A stretch of 64,000 nt of DNA from assembly GCA_963665095.1 (NCBI GenBank), contig OY762069.1, forward strand, positions 6,048,001-6,112,000, written 5' to 3'. Every line of letters starts with the position of its first letter. Position 1 is the first letter of the stretch. The notes below the pieces were generated by a model. It was not told where the DNA came from. It searched no databases and was given only the letters and a program-made list of their open reading frames with translations. The DNA is from an uncultured Desulfobacter sp. Lineage in GTDB: Bacteria; Desulfobacterota; Desulfobacteria; Desulfobacterales; Desulfobacteraceae. The position numbers and the translations under genes were made by a program. Shown piece after piece: positions 38,986 to 49,519 of this stretch.

Positions 38986-39974
38986 CAGCCTGCCTTGTCT
39001 TCAACCATCATTGCCTGCCCTTTGAATCTCCAAAACGTGCGGATGAAGCGGTGCCGGACTTTCTTAGAGTGTGCATTAAGGCGCAAAATATCGGCCTTGG
39101 GACGATCCTGGTGGATGAGTCCATTGATAAGGAGTGGTTCCGTCTTGAATTGGCCAGCCGCTATTTCTGGCAGGACTGGCACAATAAAGTTCAATCCGGG
39201 GATGACAGTATCGCCAAAGATCAGATCCGGGCCTTTCGTTCTATTGCTACCCGCCAGCCTTTTTTTTCCACCAAAGATATCAATGAAAATGTTGATCTGT
39301 TTGAAGTCAGTTTTGATGATGATTCCTCTTTTTCGGCTCTTCGGGCTGCGGCCTGGCACGAGGCCCCTCTTGCAGGCTTTCCCACCCGCGCCCCATGGCT
39401 GGACTCTCCTTTAACTGTGATAGTCGAAGAACTTGACCAAGAAGGCGACATCAAGCAACGCAGCCTTGACCTGATGAATTTCTTTACCCTGGAAAGTTTT
39501 GAACAATGCAGTAATGCAATTCTGGAAAAAAGAAACGCTTTAATCCGTTCAGGTAAAGAGCTTTTCGATGAAAAAGAACACCTTTTTCCCGGTTTGTCTT
39601 TTTGCGGGAAAGCACCCCAGCAGTTGCGTCATTGGTCGGCAGAACCCTCTATTTTAGATCAGGTCAAAGAAGCTTTGACTGTTTTGAATCGATTCTGCGG
39701 TGTATGGGGGGAAGCCAAGTATCCAGAATACCGCCATGATGTTTTACGGGATCTTGGATTGAATCACGAGGTCAGCGGAGAATCAACTCCTTTGTTAAAC
39801 AATCGGAAGTTAAAGCAGGAACGGGAATTCTGGCTTCCCACGGGCAAAAAAGAAGTTTTTCAAAACCATGTTAAATTGAACAAAGGCTTTCGACTTCATT
39901 TTTTTCCGGACCAGCATTCAAAAAAGATTTTTATCGGGTATATCGGTCCCCATCTTAGGACGTTAGACGATTAA
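38982..39974 (+). CDS. Putative effector with C-terminal RelE/ParE-like domain, Menshen NsnC-like
   Basis: C-terminal NHVKL..FRLHF..IFIGYIGPHL; translationally coupled to the ATPase. Confidence 0.65.
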   Translation: MTACLVFNHHCLPFESPKRADEAVPDFLRVCIKAQNIGLGTILVDESIDKEWFRLELASRYFWQDWHNKVQSGDDSIAKDQIRAFRSIATRQPFFSTKDINENVDLFEVSFDDDSSFSALRAAAWHEAPLAGFPTRAPWLDSPLTVIVEELDQEGDIKQRSLDLMNFFTLESFEQCSNAILEKRNALIRSGKELFDEKEHLFPGLSFCGKAPQQLRHWSAEPSILDQVKEALTVLNRFCGVWGEAKYPEYRHDVLRDLGLNHEVSGESTPLLNNRKLKQEREFWLPTGKKEVFQNHVKLNKGFRLHFFPDQHSKKIFIGYIGPHLRTLDD

Positions 39975-39985
39975 AGGACAGCCTA

Positions 39986-42706
39986 ATGACCCTTCGCCGT
40001 TTTTCTTCAAGAACTGAACCGCTGGACACGGCATTTCTTTCCAAATCCCTTCAGAGTGCATCCAAATATTATCGAATAGCAGGATATTTTCGAAGTTCTA
40101 TCTTTGAACTGGTTGGGGAGGAGCTGTCAAAAATCCCCGATGTTAGAATCATCTGCAATTCAGAGTTGGACATGGTTGATTTCAAGATTGCAACCGGCCG
40201 TAATGTCGCTCTTAAAGAAAAGTGGAATAAGATTGATGTGGAGGCTGAAGCCCTGCTTCAAAAAGAGCGGTATAAAAAGTTGGATCAACTTCTTCAGGCA
40301 GGCAATGTTCAAATCAGAGTGGTTCCCAGGGAACTGCTTTTTCTCCATGGAAAGGCCGGAGTAATTCATTGCCCTGATGGTAAAAGAATATCATTCATTG
40401 GGTCTGTTAACGAATCGAAATCTGCTTTTTGCCACAATTACGAGCTGATTTGGCAGGATGATGATAAGGCCAGCGCCGATTGGGTAGAAGAAGAGTTTAA
40501 TGCACTATGGGAAGGTGGGGTGCCCTTGCCTGAAGCCATTCTGGCGGAGGTCAACCGTGTGGCCAATCGCCGGGAAGTGACCATAGAGGTGTTAAAACCA
40601 GCCCAGGTACCGGCGGCTGCCATGGCGGAAGCCCCAATATACCGTGGCGGTGAAGCCCTTCAAACATGGCAGCGTTCTTTTGTTACGCTGTTTCTTGAAC
40701 ATCGTGAAATTTACGGGAAAGCCCGGCTGCTTTTAGCGGATGAGGTTGGGGTGGGAAAAACCCTTTCCATGGCCACAAGTGCTTTGGTCAGTGCATTGCT
40801 TAATGACGGGCCGGTTTTAATTCTGGCTCCATCAACCCTTACTTTGCAATGGCAGGTTGAAATGCTGGACAAATTGGGCATTCCGTCAGCAGTATGGTCT
40901 TCTCAAAAAAAGGTCTGGCTCGGACCCCAGGGCCAGATGTTATCATCCAAGGGAGACCCGGCGGCCATAAAAAAGTGCCCATACACAATCGCAATTATCT
41001 CAACCGGGCTCATCATGCACCAGCGGGAGCATGGTGAGTTTATCAAAGAAGCGGGTATAATTCTTTCTCAGAAATTTGGCACCGTGATTCTGGATGAAGC
41101 CCATAAAGCAAGGGCAAAAGGCGGTTTCGGCGAAAAAGCGGCCCAGCCTAATAATCTGCTTTGCTTTATGCAGCAGATGGGCAGGCGTACACGTCATATG
41201 ATCCTGGGGACAGCAACACCTATTCAAACCGATGTTCGGGAACTGTGGGATCTTCTTGATGTTTTGAACTGTGGCGCGGATTTTGTCCTTGGGGATTCTC
41301 AGTCTGTCTGGAAAAACCATGAGCAGGGAATCCCAATGGCAACAGGCAAAATCAGGGTGACATCGGAAGAGCAGGCCTGGATTTGGCTGAATAATCCCTT
41401 ACCCCCTGCATCAGATCACCCGGTGATTCAAAATATTCGGGAAATCCAGGGAATCCCTTCTGATACATTTTACTGTTCCCATGATTTTGAAAATCTTGAT
41501 TATATGGTCAAAAGTATATGGCTGTCTCAATGCCTTGACCCTGAATTTTTTAAAAGCAACAATCCTATTTTGCGGCATACGGTACTTCGGAAAAGAAAAC
41601 AGTTGGAAGAGGACGGGCTCCTGGAAAAGGTTGGGGTGAATATTCATCCGAACAGAATTAATCCGGGCCAATACCAGCATCGTTTTATAGATCTTGGGAT
41701 ACCCACAAATACTCCCTTTGAAGTGGCTTATGAACAGGCAGAAAAATTCAGCCAATTGCTGCAAAAGAGGACCAAAGCCGGCGGGTTCATGAAATCCCTT
41801 ATGCTTCAGCGCATCTGCTCAAGTTTTGCTTCCGGGCTCAGTACCGCCCGAAAAATGCTCCAGCACTCAATTTCAAATGAAGATGAAGATAATGCTGACA
41901 AGGTTGAACATATTCTGTCGGACATGTCACCTGCGGAAAGTGCCTGTTTGAAAGAAATCGAAATTCAGCTTTCCAGACCGGAAGCTGTAGATTCAAAGCT
42001 CAATACAGTTAAATGGTTTTTAACAGAGTTCCGGACAGAGGGGAAAACCTGGGCAGAGCATGGATGTATTATTTTCAGCCAGTATTACGATACTGCCCAG
42101 TGGATCGCACAAGAACTTGCAAAGGAAATTTCTGATGAGGTAATCGCTGTATACGCAGGCGTTGGGAAAAGCGGTTTGTTCCGGGATAATGAATTTAACG
42201 CTGTTGAACGAGAGGTTATTAAATCCGCTGTAAGAGCCAAAGATATCCATATTGTGGTTGCCACAGATGCAGCCTGTGAGGGTTTAAATCTTCAGACTTT
42301 GGGTACGTTGATTAATATTGATCTGCCTTGGAACCCGTCACGCCTTGAACAGCGCCTGGGTAGAATCAAAAGATTTGGACAGGCCAGAAAGTTCGTTGAT
42401 ATGCTGAACCTGGTATACAGCGGCACCCAAGACGAGAAAATTTATAATGTGCTTTCTGAACGCCTCAAAGACACCTATGACATTTTCGGAAGCCTTCCTG
42501 ACACCATAGACGACGACTGGATTGATGAGGAAGAAAAAATAAAAGAACGGATGGATGAATATATCCATGAAAGAGACAAAGCCCAAAATGCATTTTCCAT
42601 GAAATATCAATCCACCCTTAATCCTGAAGCCCACCTTTGGGAAAAATGTGCAGAGGTCCTTTCCCGTAGAGATATCATAAACAAACTTAGTGAACCATGG
42701 CGATGA
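39986..42706 (+). CDS. Phospholipase D-like nuclease + SNF2 helicase
   Basis: LHGKAG..GSVNES (PLD), ADEVGVGKT, DEAH, TATP, EGLNLQ, PWNPSRLEQRLGRI. Confidence 0.93.
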   Translation: MTLRRFSSRTEPLDTAFLSKSLQSASKYYRIAGYFRSSIFELVGEELSKIPDVRIICNSELDMVDFKIATGRNVALKEKWNKIDVEAEALLQKERYKKLDQLLQAGNVQIRVVPRELLFLHGKAGVIHCPDGKRISFIGSVNESKSAFCHNYELIWQDDDKASADWVEEEFNALWEGGVPLPEAILAEVNRVANRREVTIEVLKPAQVPAAAMAEAPIYRGGEALQTWQRSFVTLFLEHREIYGKARLLLADEVGVGKTLSMATSALVSALLNDGPVLILAPSTLTLQWQVEMLDKLGIPSAVWSSQKKVWLGPQGQMLSSKGDPAAIKKCPYTIAIISTGLIMHQREHGEFIKEAGIILSQKFGTVILDEAHKARAKGGFGEKAAQPNNLLCFMQQMGRRTRHMILGTATPIQTDVRELWDLLDVLNCGADFVLGDSQSVWKNHEQGIPMATGKIRVTSEEQAWIWLNNPLPPASDHPVIQNIREIQGIPSDTFYCSHDFENLDYMVKSIWLSQCLDPEFFKSNNPILRHTVLRKRKQLEEDGLLEKVGVNIHPNRINPGQYQHRFIDLGIPTNTPFEVAYEQAEKFSQLLQKRTKAGGFMKSLMLQRICSSFASGLSTARKMLQHSISNEDEDNADKVEHILSDMSPAESACLKEIEIQLSRPEAVDSKLNTVKWFLTEFRTEGKTWAEHGCIIFSQYYDTAQWIAQELAKEISDEVIAVYAGVGKSGLFRDNEFNAVEREVIKSAVRAKDIHIVVATDAACEGLNLQTLGTLINIDLPWNPSRLEQRLGRIKRFGQARKFVDMLNLVYSGTQDEKIYNVLSERLKDTYDIFGSLPDTIDDDWIDEEEKIKERMDEYIHERDKAQNAFSMKYQSTLNPEAHLWEKCAEVLSRRDIINKLSEPWR

Positions 42707-42915
42707 TTCATTTTCCTATAAGTTGGTAATGATTCGGAAGATTAAAAACGAAAAATTTTAGGCGAGGACTATGCAAAACACAAAGTCCATTTTCCAGGTA
42801 ACAGTTACCCCAGACTATCCCTGTCAGTACACACTTTTTAAATCCTCAAACCGGCGAGCAATATTACGTGTATCCTGGGGGTTCCGATTCCTACTAATTC
42901 AAATTTTTTAGCAGA

Positions 42916-43062
42916 CCGCAATAATGGTATCTAAGCTCGTTTTTTCTCCCGACCCCCAACCACAACATCTGGTATGTGGCCATATTCTGAACTTGTGGGA
43001 AAAATCAAGATTATGCCCTGTTAAATTTTATTTCCAGGAAAGCCCGGATTACATTTAATATA
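42916..43062 (+). repeat. 147-bp direct repeat, right copy
   Basis: Near-identical to 16750-16896. Confidence 0.95.
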
Positions 43063-43480
43063 ATCCTGCCTCTGATTGAATCCCGACAAAGGCGATCCTT
43101 TTGTCTATGACCTGTCGCTATTGTTCCGAAAAGGACCATAAGTACTGGCGTTTCTATTATCGGGAATTTGGATTGGGCAATTCTCTTCAGATTTTTACTG
43201 GAAGATATTTCAATCCAACCAATGGTCTCATTGTCAGAAATTATTCCAAAATACTCCAGGGTAGGGGCCAGTAGGTGAGGTTCTTTTTGAATTGCCCGGA
43301 AAACGCTTGTGCCGGAGGCATGTGCACTTGATCTGTGATTGGCGGATTATGTATGTTTTATGCAATAATCGGAAAAACTCACGTCAGTTAACAGCGTGAA
43401 AATGATGGAATAATAGTGTACGCTGTATTCAACTTTCAAGATAGTATCGAACTCTATTAAAAGGGTATAAACGAAACGTT

Positions 43481-44464
43481 ATGAATTCAAGGCAGAGAGT
43501 ATTAAATGCATTACGCCTGGAGCCCACCGACCGGGTTCCCTTTTGTGATGCGGTGGATGATGAGTTGCAGGTAAAAATTATGGGGAGACCTGATTTTGAT
43601 GACGCTGATCTTGCCCGGAAACTTGGGCTGGACGGACTCATTTCAAGCCACAACATCTATGCCACCCCCACCTGTGCGCGTCATATCAGCGAAAACGGCA
43701 GATCCTTCATGGGCCACGGCCTGATTCGGGACCACAGGGATCTTTCACAGGTCAAACTGCCGGATTCCAGTGCTCCCGGCTTTTTTGATGAACTTGAACG
43801 GGCAGTTGAAAAAAATGAAAAAGCGGGGCTTCCAACCATTACAGCCCTGTACTACGGTGCTACAGAGTGTGTCATTGACTCCATGGGCCTTGAACGATTC
43901 TCCTTTGCCCTGTACGACAATCTTGGGTTCATTGAAACCCTTCTGGAGTTGTATATTGAGTACTATATCAACCTGATTGGACGACTCAATGCCATTGGCG
44001 TGGACTGTGTTGTCTACTATGATAATTTTTCCTACAACACAGGCCCCATGATCTCTCCCAACACATTCAGGGAGATCTTTCTCCCCCGGGAAAAACAGCT
44101 GGGCGATACCTTTAAAATCCCGTGGGTACTCCATATGGACGGTAATATCTCACAATTGATGCCGGACCTGTTACCCCTGGGCATGAACGGACTGCACCCA
44201 ATTCAGGATACCAATCCCCAGACCAACCTGAAAGATTTCAAGGCCCGGTATGGCGACGTCCTGTGTTTATGGGGCAACGTCAATATCGAACGCGTCTTGG
44301 CAACAGGCTCGCCGGAAGATGTAAAAGCCGAAGTCAGACGGTGTTTTGAGCAGGGAGCCCAGGGCGGCGGGTACATTATCGGCAGCTCCAACAGTCTGGT
44401 AGATTTTCTGCCCCTTGAAAACGTCCTGGCAATGGCCGACAGCATCAGAACATATCCGTCATAA
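43481..44464 (+). CDS. Uroporphyrinogen decarboxylase family protein (MtaA/CmuA-like)
   Basis: MNSRQRV..EPTDRVP, HMDGN, LWGNV, GGGYIIGSSN. Confidence 0.85.
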   Translation: MNSRQRVLNALRLEPTDRVPFCDAVDDELQVKIMGRPDFDDADLARKLGLDGLISSHNIYATPTCARHISENGRSFMGHGLIRDHRDLSQVKLPDSSAPGFFDELERAVEKNEKAGLPTITALYYGATECVIDSMGLERFSFALYDNLGFIETLLELYIEYYINLIGRLNAIGVDCVVYYDNFSYNTGPMISPNTFREIFLPREKQLGDTFKIPWVLHMDGNISQLMPDLLPLGMNGLHPIQDTNPQTNLKDFKARYGDVLCLWGNVNIERVLATGSPEDVKAEVRRCFEQGAQGGGYIIGSSNSLVDFLPLENVLAMADSIRTYPS

Positions 44465-44503
44465 AATGCTATAACACAGCGCTACAAAAGGAAAACAAAC
44501 ACC

Positions 44504-44614
44504 ATGGTTGATCACCTCTTTGTATCCGGCACCCTGAAACCCGGAGAATCCAATGTCCGCGAATTAGACGGCATGGACGGCTGTTGCTGCATTTTTTGCC
44601 AATTAAGACGTTGA
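44504..44614 (+). pseudogene. N-terminal fragment of a gamma-glutamylcyclotransferase-family gene
   Basis: HLFVSGTLKPGESN matches the LFVYGTL..GESN motif; ORF ends after 36 aa. Confidence 0.65.
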
Positions 44615-45087
44615 CTGCTTGTGTTCTTGGTGAGGCTTTTCATTCAGGCACTAAATAGCGCCGGAATACAAGGGTCACAAAAAATTATTTGTTCCAGCCT
44701 GCCAGCACACATTGAACAGCAATCCATTTTTCAATGATTGCTGTCAGCCCTCTGCGTTTCTCAAATTTTAAATTTCCCGGACAACAGCATAGATTACAAT
44801 CTGTGCTGTTATTTCTATTTTCCAGTGAACGGCCGGTCGTCCGTAATGGCCCAGTATTACATCCAGCAAAAACACAAGGGGCAAGAAAAAAAGGAAAAAC
44901 ATTGCATGAACAGCCATGTCAGATTATAACACTGCGGATAAATTGTTTGGTGTTTGGGCAAAAACGCATTACCTGTTGCGTTGCAGAAAAAGTATGCATC
45001 CGGGCAAATCTTGTCCGGACAATGAAACCTAAGGTTTCCACCAGACACTATTATGGGAAAAACATAACGCTTTTTAAGGGAGGAGAA

Positions 45088-46167
45088 ATGAACAGGAAAA
45101 TGCGTATTCTTTCAGCAGCAGTCATTACCGTCTGCCTGACATTGGGATCGGCATTGCCGGCACTGGCCAAAAAAGTGCTGTTAAAAGTGCCCTGCTCAGT
45201 GACCTTTGGTGTGCCTATTTTAGGCGAGGATATCGTTGGCACCATTGCAAACACGGTAAACACCGCCAGCAACGGTACCCTGATGATGAAGCTCTATGCA
45301 CCGGGCAAACTGGTTCCCGCCCTGGAGGTTTTGGATGCGGTGAGCTCCGGCAAGACCAATGCCGGCTATACAGCCGCCTTTTACTATGCAGGTAAAAATC
45401 CGGCCAGCGTCCTGTTCAGTTCCTTCCCCTTTGGTCCGGATCCGGAAGAGTATCTCTCATGGTACTACTACGGCAACGGACTGAAACTGTACCAGGAGAT
45501 GTATGACTACTACGGGTACAACGTCAAGGTGCTGCCGGCCGGTATTATCAGTGCCGAGACCTCTGGCTGGTTTACCAAACCCATTGAAAAGGTTGAGGAT
45601 CTCAAAGGTATTAAAATGCGGATCTCCGGCATTGGGGGAAAAGTGGTCTCAAAGCTTGGGGTGGCTGTCACTATGCTGCCGCCCGGTGAGATTTTCCAGG
45701 CCCTGGAAAAAGGGCTGATTGATGCCACGGAATTTTCCCTTCCCGTGTGCGACGCGCCGTTAGGATTCTATAAAGTGGCAAAGTACAACTACTTCCCGGG
45801 CTGGCATCAGCCCTCCACGGTTCAGGAGCTTTTAATTAACAAAGATACCTGGAACTCCCTGGATGACGCCCAGAAAACCCTGATCGAAAGCGCCTGCATG
45901 GCCGCCACCCTGAAATCCCTTGCCATGAGCAACGGTATGCAGGGCAAGGTGATCAAGGAGAACGCCGAGAAACACGGGGTTAAAAACCTCTACTGGTCCC
46001 AAGAGATGCTGGCCGCCTTCAAGGCTGCCTGGCAGGAGGTAGCTGAGGAAGAAGCTGCCAAAGATCCCATGTTCAAAAAGACCTGGGAAGATCTGAAACA
46101 GTTCCGGGCAGAGTACAAAAAATGGGCGGATGTTGGATTTCTGCCCCGTTCTCTGTCTGGTGAATAA
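45088..46167 (+). CDS. dctP: TRAP transporter substrate-binding protein (DctP/TakP-like)
   Basis: GGAGG SD; GWFTKPI..DLKGIKMRI, LEKGLIDATEF, PGWHQP. Confidence 0.92.
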   Translation: MNRKMRILSAAVITVCLTLGSALPALAKKVLLKVPCSVTFGVPILGEDIVGTIANTVNTASNGTLMMKLYAPGKLVPALEVLDAVSSGKTNAGYTAAFYYAGKNPASVLFSSFPFGPDPEEYLSWYYYGNGLKLYQEMYDYYGYNVKVLPAGIISAETSGWFTKPIEKVEDLKGIKMRISGIGGKVVSKLGVAVTMLPPGEIFQALEKGLIDATEFSLPVCDAPLGFYKVAKYNYFPGWHQPSTVQELLINKDTWNSLDDAQKTLIESACMAATLKSLAMSNGMQGKVIKENAEKHGVKNLYWSQEMLAAFKAAWQEVAEEEAAKDPMFKKTWEDLKQFRAEYKKWADVGFLPRSLSGE

Positions 46168-46183
46168 CTAAATATCCGGAACT

Positions 46184-46744
46184 ATGTCCAGCCGTACCAG
46201 CGAAAAACCCGAAGTGCCCCGTGGACCTGTGACCATGCTCGTCAGCGTCATTGAGAAGGCAGTCCTGGGAATCGGTAAAACCGTTTCCTGGCTCAATATC
46301 ATTCTGATGCTGATTATCCTGGTCCAGGTGATATTAAGATATCTCTTCAACCTTGGCTCTGTGGCTCTGGAAGAGCTGCAGTGGCATCTTTATGCCGTGG
46401 GCATCATGACAGGGCTCTCCTATGCCATGACGGAAGATACCCATGTACGGCTGGACCTGCTCCATGCCCGATTGCGAAGAAAAACCCGTGCCTGGATTGA
46501 TATTATCGGCATCCTTGTGCTGGTGCTGCCCTGGTGTTATGTGATCATCCACCATGGAATGGATTTTGTGGCTGCATCCTGGCGGGTCAAGGAGGCGTCT
46601 GCTTCGCCCACAGGTCTTCCCTGTTATTACATTATTAAATCCGTGATCCCCGTCAGTTTCGGGCTGCTGGTCCTTGCGGCCGTGGCCCGGCTTTTACGGA
46701 TGTGCCTGGTGATTGCCGGAAAAGGGGGTGCCCATGACGCATGA
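46184..46744 (+). CDS. dctQ: TRAP small permease
   Basis: ELQWHLY, HVRLD, four TM segments. Confidence 0.92.
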   Translation: MSSRTSEKPEVPRGPVTMLVSVIEKAVLGIGKTVSWLNIILMLIILVQVILRYLFNLGSVALEELQWHLYAVGIMTGLSYAMTEDTHVRLDLLHARLRRKTRAWIDIIGILVLVLPWCYVIIHHGMDFVAASWRVKEASASPTGLPCYYIIKSVIPVSFGLLVLAAVARLLRMCLVIAGKGGAHDA

Positions 46745-48119
46745 AGATATTCTGGTCATCGCCATGATGCTCTCCTTTATCGGGCTGTTGTTCACAGGGT
46801 TTCCAATTGCACTGATCCTGGGAGGCGTTTCCGTCCTGTTTGCCGGTATCGGCTATGTGTCCGACCTTTACTTCGGCACCATGACCGGCCTTGATTTCAT
46901 GTCCGTGGGCATGGAGGTGAACCGGATTTTTGCCATCATGACCAACTGGATCATGGTGGCCCTGCCCATGTTCATTTTCATGGGACTGATGCTGGACAGG
47001 TCCGGCATTGCCGAAAATATGATGCAGAGCATCCAGGTGCTTTTCGGACGGGTCCGGGGCGGGCTTGCCGTCACGGTGACGCTGATCGGCATTATCCTTG
47101 CGGCAAGCACAGGCATTATCGGGGCCTCCGTGGTACTGCTGGGACTTTTGTCCATGCCGGTGATGCTGAACCAGGGGTATTCAAAATCCCTGGCCGCCGG
47201 CACCATCTGCGGGGCAGGCACCCTGGGAATTCTGATCCCGCCCTCCATCATGCTGGTGATGATGGCGGACCGTTTGAGCGTTTCAGTGGGCGATCTGTTC
47301 ATGGGGGCGCTCTTTCCCGGGCTTCTGCTCTCCGCCCTGTACATCATTTACATCCTGGTGCTGGCCTGGTTTTCACCGGAACAGGCACCCCTTGTGCCGG
47401 ACCAGCCGCCCTTGACCTGGCGCCTGGCAGGAAGGGCGTTAAAAACCTGCATCCCGCCGGTGATTCTGATCTTTGCCGTGCTTGGCACCATCTCCTTAGG
47501 CCTTGCCACGCCCACCGAGGCCAGCGGCATCGGTGCCCTGGGCGGCCTTATCCTTACCATTATTAATAAGCGGTTCAGTTTCAAAGCCCTCAAAGAGGTG
47601 GTACACCAGACCTTTTCCATCACGGCTTACGTGTTTGCCATTGTCATCGGTGCCACCTGTTTTGCCCTTGTCTTAAGGGAGTTGGGCGGGGATGCCCTGG
47701 TGGAAGAGACCTTGAGAAGCCTTCCCTTTGGTCCTTACGGTATTGTGGCCTTTATCCTGACCATTGTCTTTTTCTTAGGATTTTTCCTGGACTGGATTGA
47801 GATCACCCTGATCATCCTGCCCCTGCTGGCACCGGTGGTCCCGACCCTGGGCATTGATCTCGGGGTCTGGCCCAACATTGACAACCCCACCCTGATCTGG
47901 TTTGCCATCCTGGTGGCTGTGGTGCTGCAGACCTCGTTTCTTACCCCGCCTGTGGGGTTTGCCATCTTTTACCTGCGCGGGGTCTGCCCGGACAGCGTAA
48001 AACTTAAACATCTATATAAAGGCGTGGTCCCCTTTATCATTCTCCAGCTTATCGGGCTGGCCATCCTGGTCATCTGGCCTAAAATTATTTTATGGCTGCC
48101 TTCGGTGGCTTACCAATAG
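46734..48119 (+). CDS. dctM: TRAP large permease
   Basis: ALPMFIFMG, GTLGILIPPS, SFLTPPVG. Confidence 0.95.
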   Translation: MTHEDILVIAMMLSFIGLLFTGFPIALILGGVSVLFAGIGYVSDLYFGTMTGLDFMSVGMEVNRIFAIMTNWIMVALPMFIFMGLMLDRSGIAENMMQSIQVLFGRVRGGLAVTVTLIGIILAASTGIIGASVVLLGLLSMPVMLNQGYSKSLAAGTICGAGTLGILIPPSIMLVMMADRLSVSVGDLFMGALFPGLLLSALYIIYILVLAWFSPEQAPLVPDQPPLTWRLAGRALKTCIPPVILIFAVLGTISLGLATPTEASGIGALGGLILTIINKRFSFKALKEVVHQTFSITAYVFAIVIGATCFALVLRELGGDALVEETLRSLPFGPYGIVAFILTIVFFLGFFLDWIEITLIILPLLAPVVPTLGIDLGVWPNIDNPTLIWFAILVAVVLQTSFLTPPVGFAIFYLRGVCPDSVKLKHLYKGVVPFIILQLIGLAILVIWPKIILWLPSVAYQ

Positions 48120-48518
48120 AAAACAGCAGGATCGAACCCCGCCTAAAACCCTAAAAACGGGGCTGCATACCGGACAGCGGTAAAGAGAATAATCCCTGTG
48201 AGAATCAGTTTGATCAGGCCGGCTGGCATTAAAGGAATCACGGCTGATTATGGCAGAGGTCAAGGCGCCCCTGGTGGTGCTGTACAAAGGGAAAGAAGAG
48301 CCGGCATGCACGGCGGAAAACCTGTTTTATGAGGGGATTGAGCAGATCCATGAGGGCGTGATCAACACCGCGTATACATGCGCACCCAGGACGGGACAAC
48401 GCTATGCGCCATCGCATCCACCCAGGGGACCCGCCAGCTGGCGCGTCATGCGGGTGACCCTTTATGGGCAGCCTTCAGCTGCTTTTCCGTTGTGCTGAAT
48501 GTAGACTGACTTTTTAAA

Positions 48519-49295
48519 TTACCTGTCCTCCCATTCCACAGTGGTTTTATTTAAAAATGCGCTGATACCGTTCTGGGCATCAAAAGAGGTATTATTCATA
48601 ACAATGGTGTTCTTGCCGTAGTGCAGTGCCTGGGCATCTGTCATATCTGCCTGGGCGTATAGTCCCTGCTTGCCGACGGCCAGGGCAAACCCGCTGGCCT
48701 GGGAGATCTGCTCTGCCAGTTTTATGGCTTCGGTATCCAGATCCTCCAGGGGTACCACCCGGTTGACCAGCCCTAACTCTTTGGCTTCTGCCGCAGGAAA
48801 ATCTCTGCCCGTGAGCAGCATCTCCATGGCCGCCTTTCTGCCAATGGCCCGGGTAATGGCCACCATGGGGGTGGTGCAGAACAAGCCGATTTTAACCCCC
48901 GGTGTGGAAAACCGCGCATTGTCGGCCGCCACCACAAGATCACACCAGGCAGCCAGCTGGCACCCGGCTGCTGTGGCAATCCCCTGGACCGCGCCGATCA
49001 CCACCTGGGGGATTTCATGCAGCATCATCATCATCCGGGAGCACTGGTCAAAAACCTCTTTGTACGCCCGTGTCCCCCGGTCCACCAGTTCAGGCAGATT
49101 ATGACCGGCGCAAAAATGCTTACCGCTGGCCTTCACAATCAGCACCTTCATGGATTCATCCCCGGCAGCCTGTTCCAGGACATGGGTCATCTCCCGGATT
49201 TTTTGCAGAGACAGGGCATTAATTTTTTCAGGCGTGTTCAAGGTTAAAATACCAATGGCGCTGGTCTGGGAAAAAAGAATCTCCTGGTAATCCAT
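48519..49295 (-). CDS. Enoyl-CoA hydratase/crotonase family
   Basis: FCAGHNL, ATAAGCQL, FSTPGVKIGLFC. Confidence 0.93.
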   Translation of the reverse strand: MDYQEILFSQTSAIGILTLNTPEKINALSLQKIREMTHVLEQAAGDESMKVLIVKASGKHFCAGHNLPELVDRGTRAYKEVFDQCSRMMMMLHEIPQVVIGAVQGIATAAGCQLAAWCDLVVAADNARFSTPGVKIGLFCTTPMVAITRAIGRKAAMEMLLTGRDFPAAEAKELGLVNRVVPLEDLDTEAIKLAEQISQASGFALAVGKQGLYAQADMTDAQALHYGKNTIVMNNTSFDAQNGISAFLNKTTVEWEDR

Positions 49296-49519
49296 GTGAC
49301 GTCTCCAGTTTAGAAGGATTGAAAAATAAGGCCCGCTGGCCGGATGAATATGTTGTCCTTAACATAACAGTAATATGCTGTCAATTTGCGCAGGACAGCC
49401 CGATGAGGGCAATGATTTTAAAAAAACATAAGGATTTTTTAGACAGCGATTCCTGGAATTCGTATGCTTTAAGGGTAATCGTAAAAAACGGGGTGCGTCC
49501 CAATTTCTCCAATTTTTTA

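Noticed and set aside
42874..42892. tRNA T-arm-like GGGGGTTCCGATTCC as an att site
   Set aside because: Does not fit GTTCRANYC spacing, has no acceptor stem and lies outside the duplicated segment
44734..45087. 118-aa N-terminal extension of DctP
   Set aside because: Strong SD and signal peptide start at 45088; the upstream frame is probably open by chance
48250..48498. 82-aa ORF after dctM
   Set aside because: No SD or recognisable family; may be another remnant but cannot be supported
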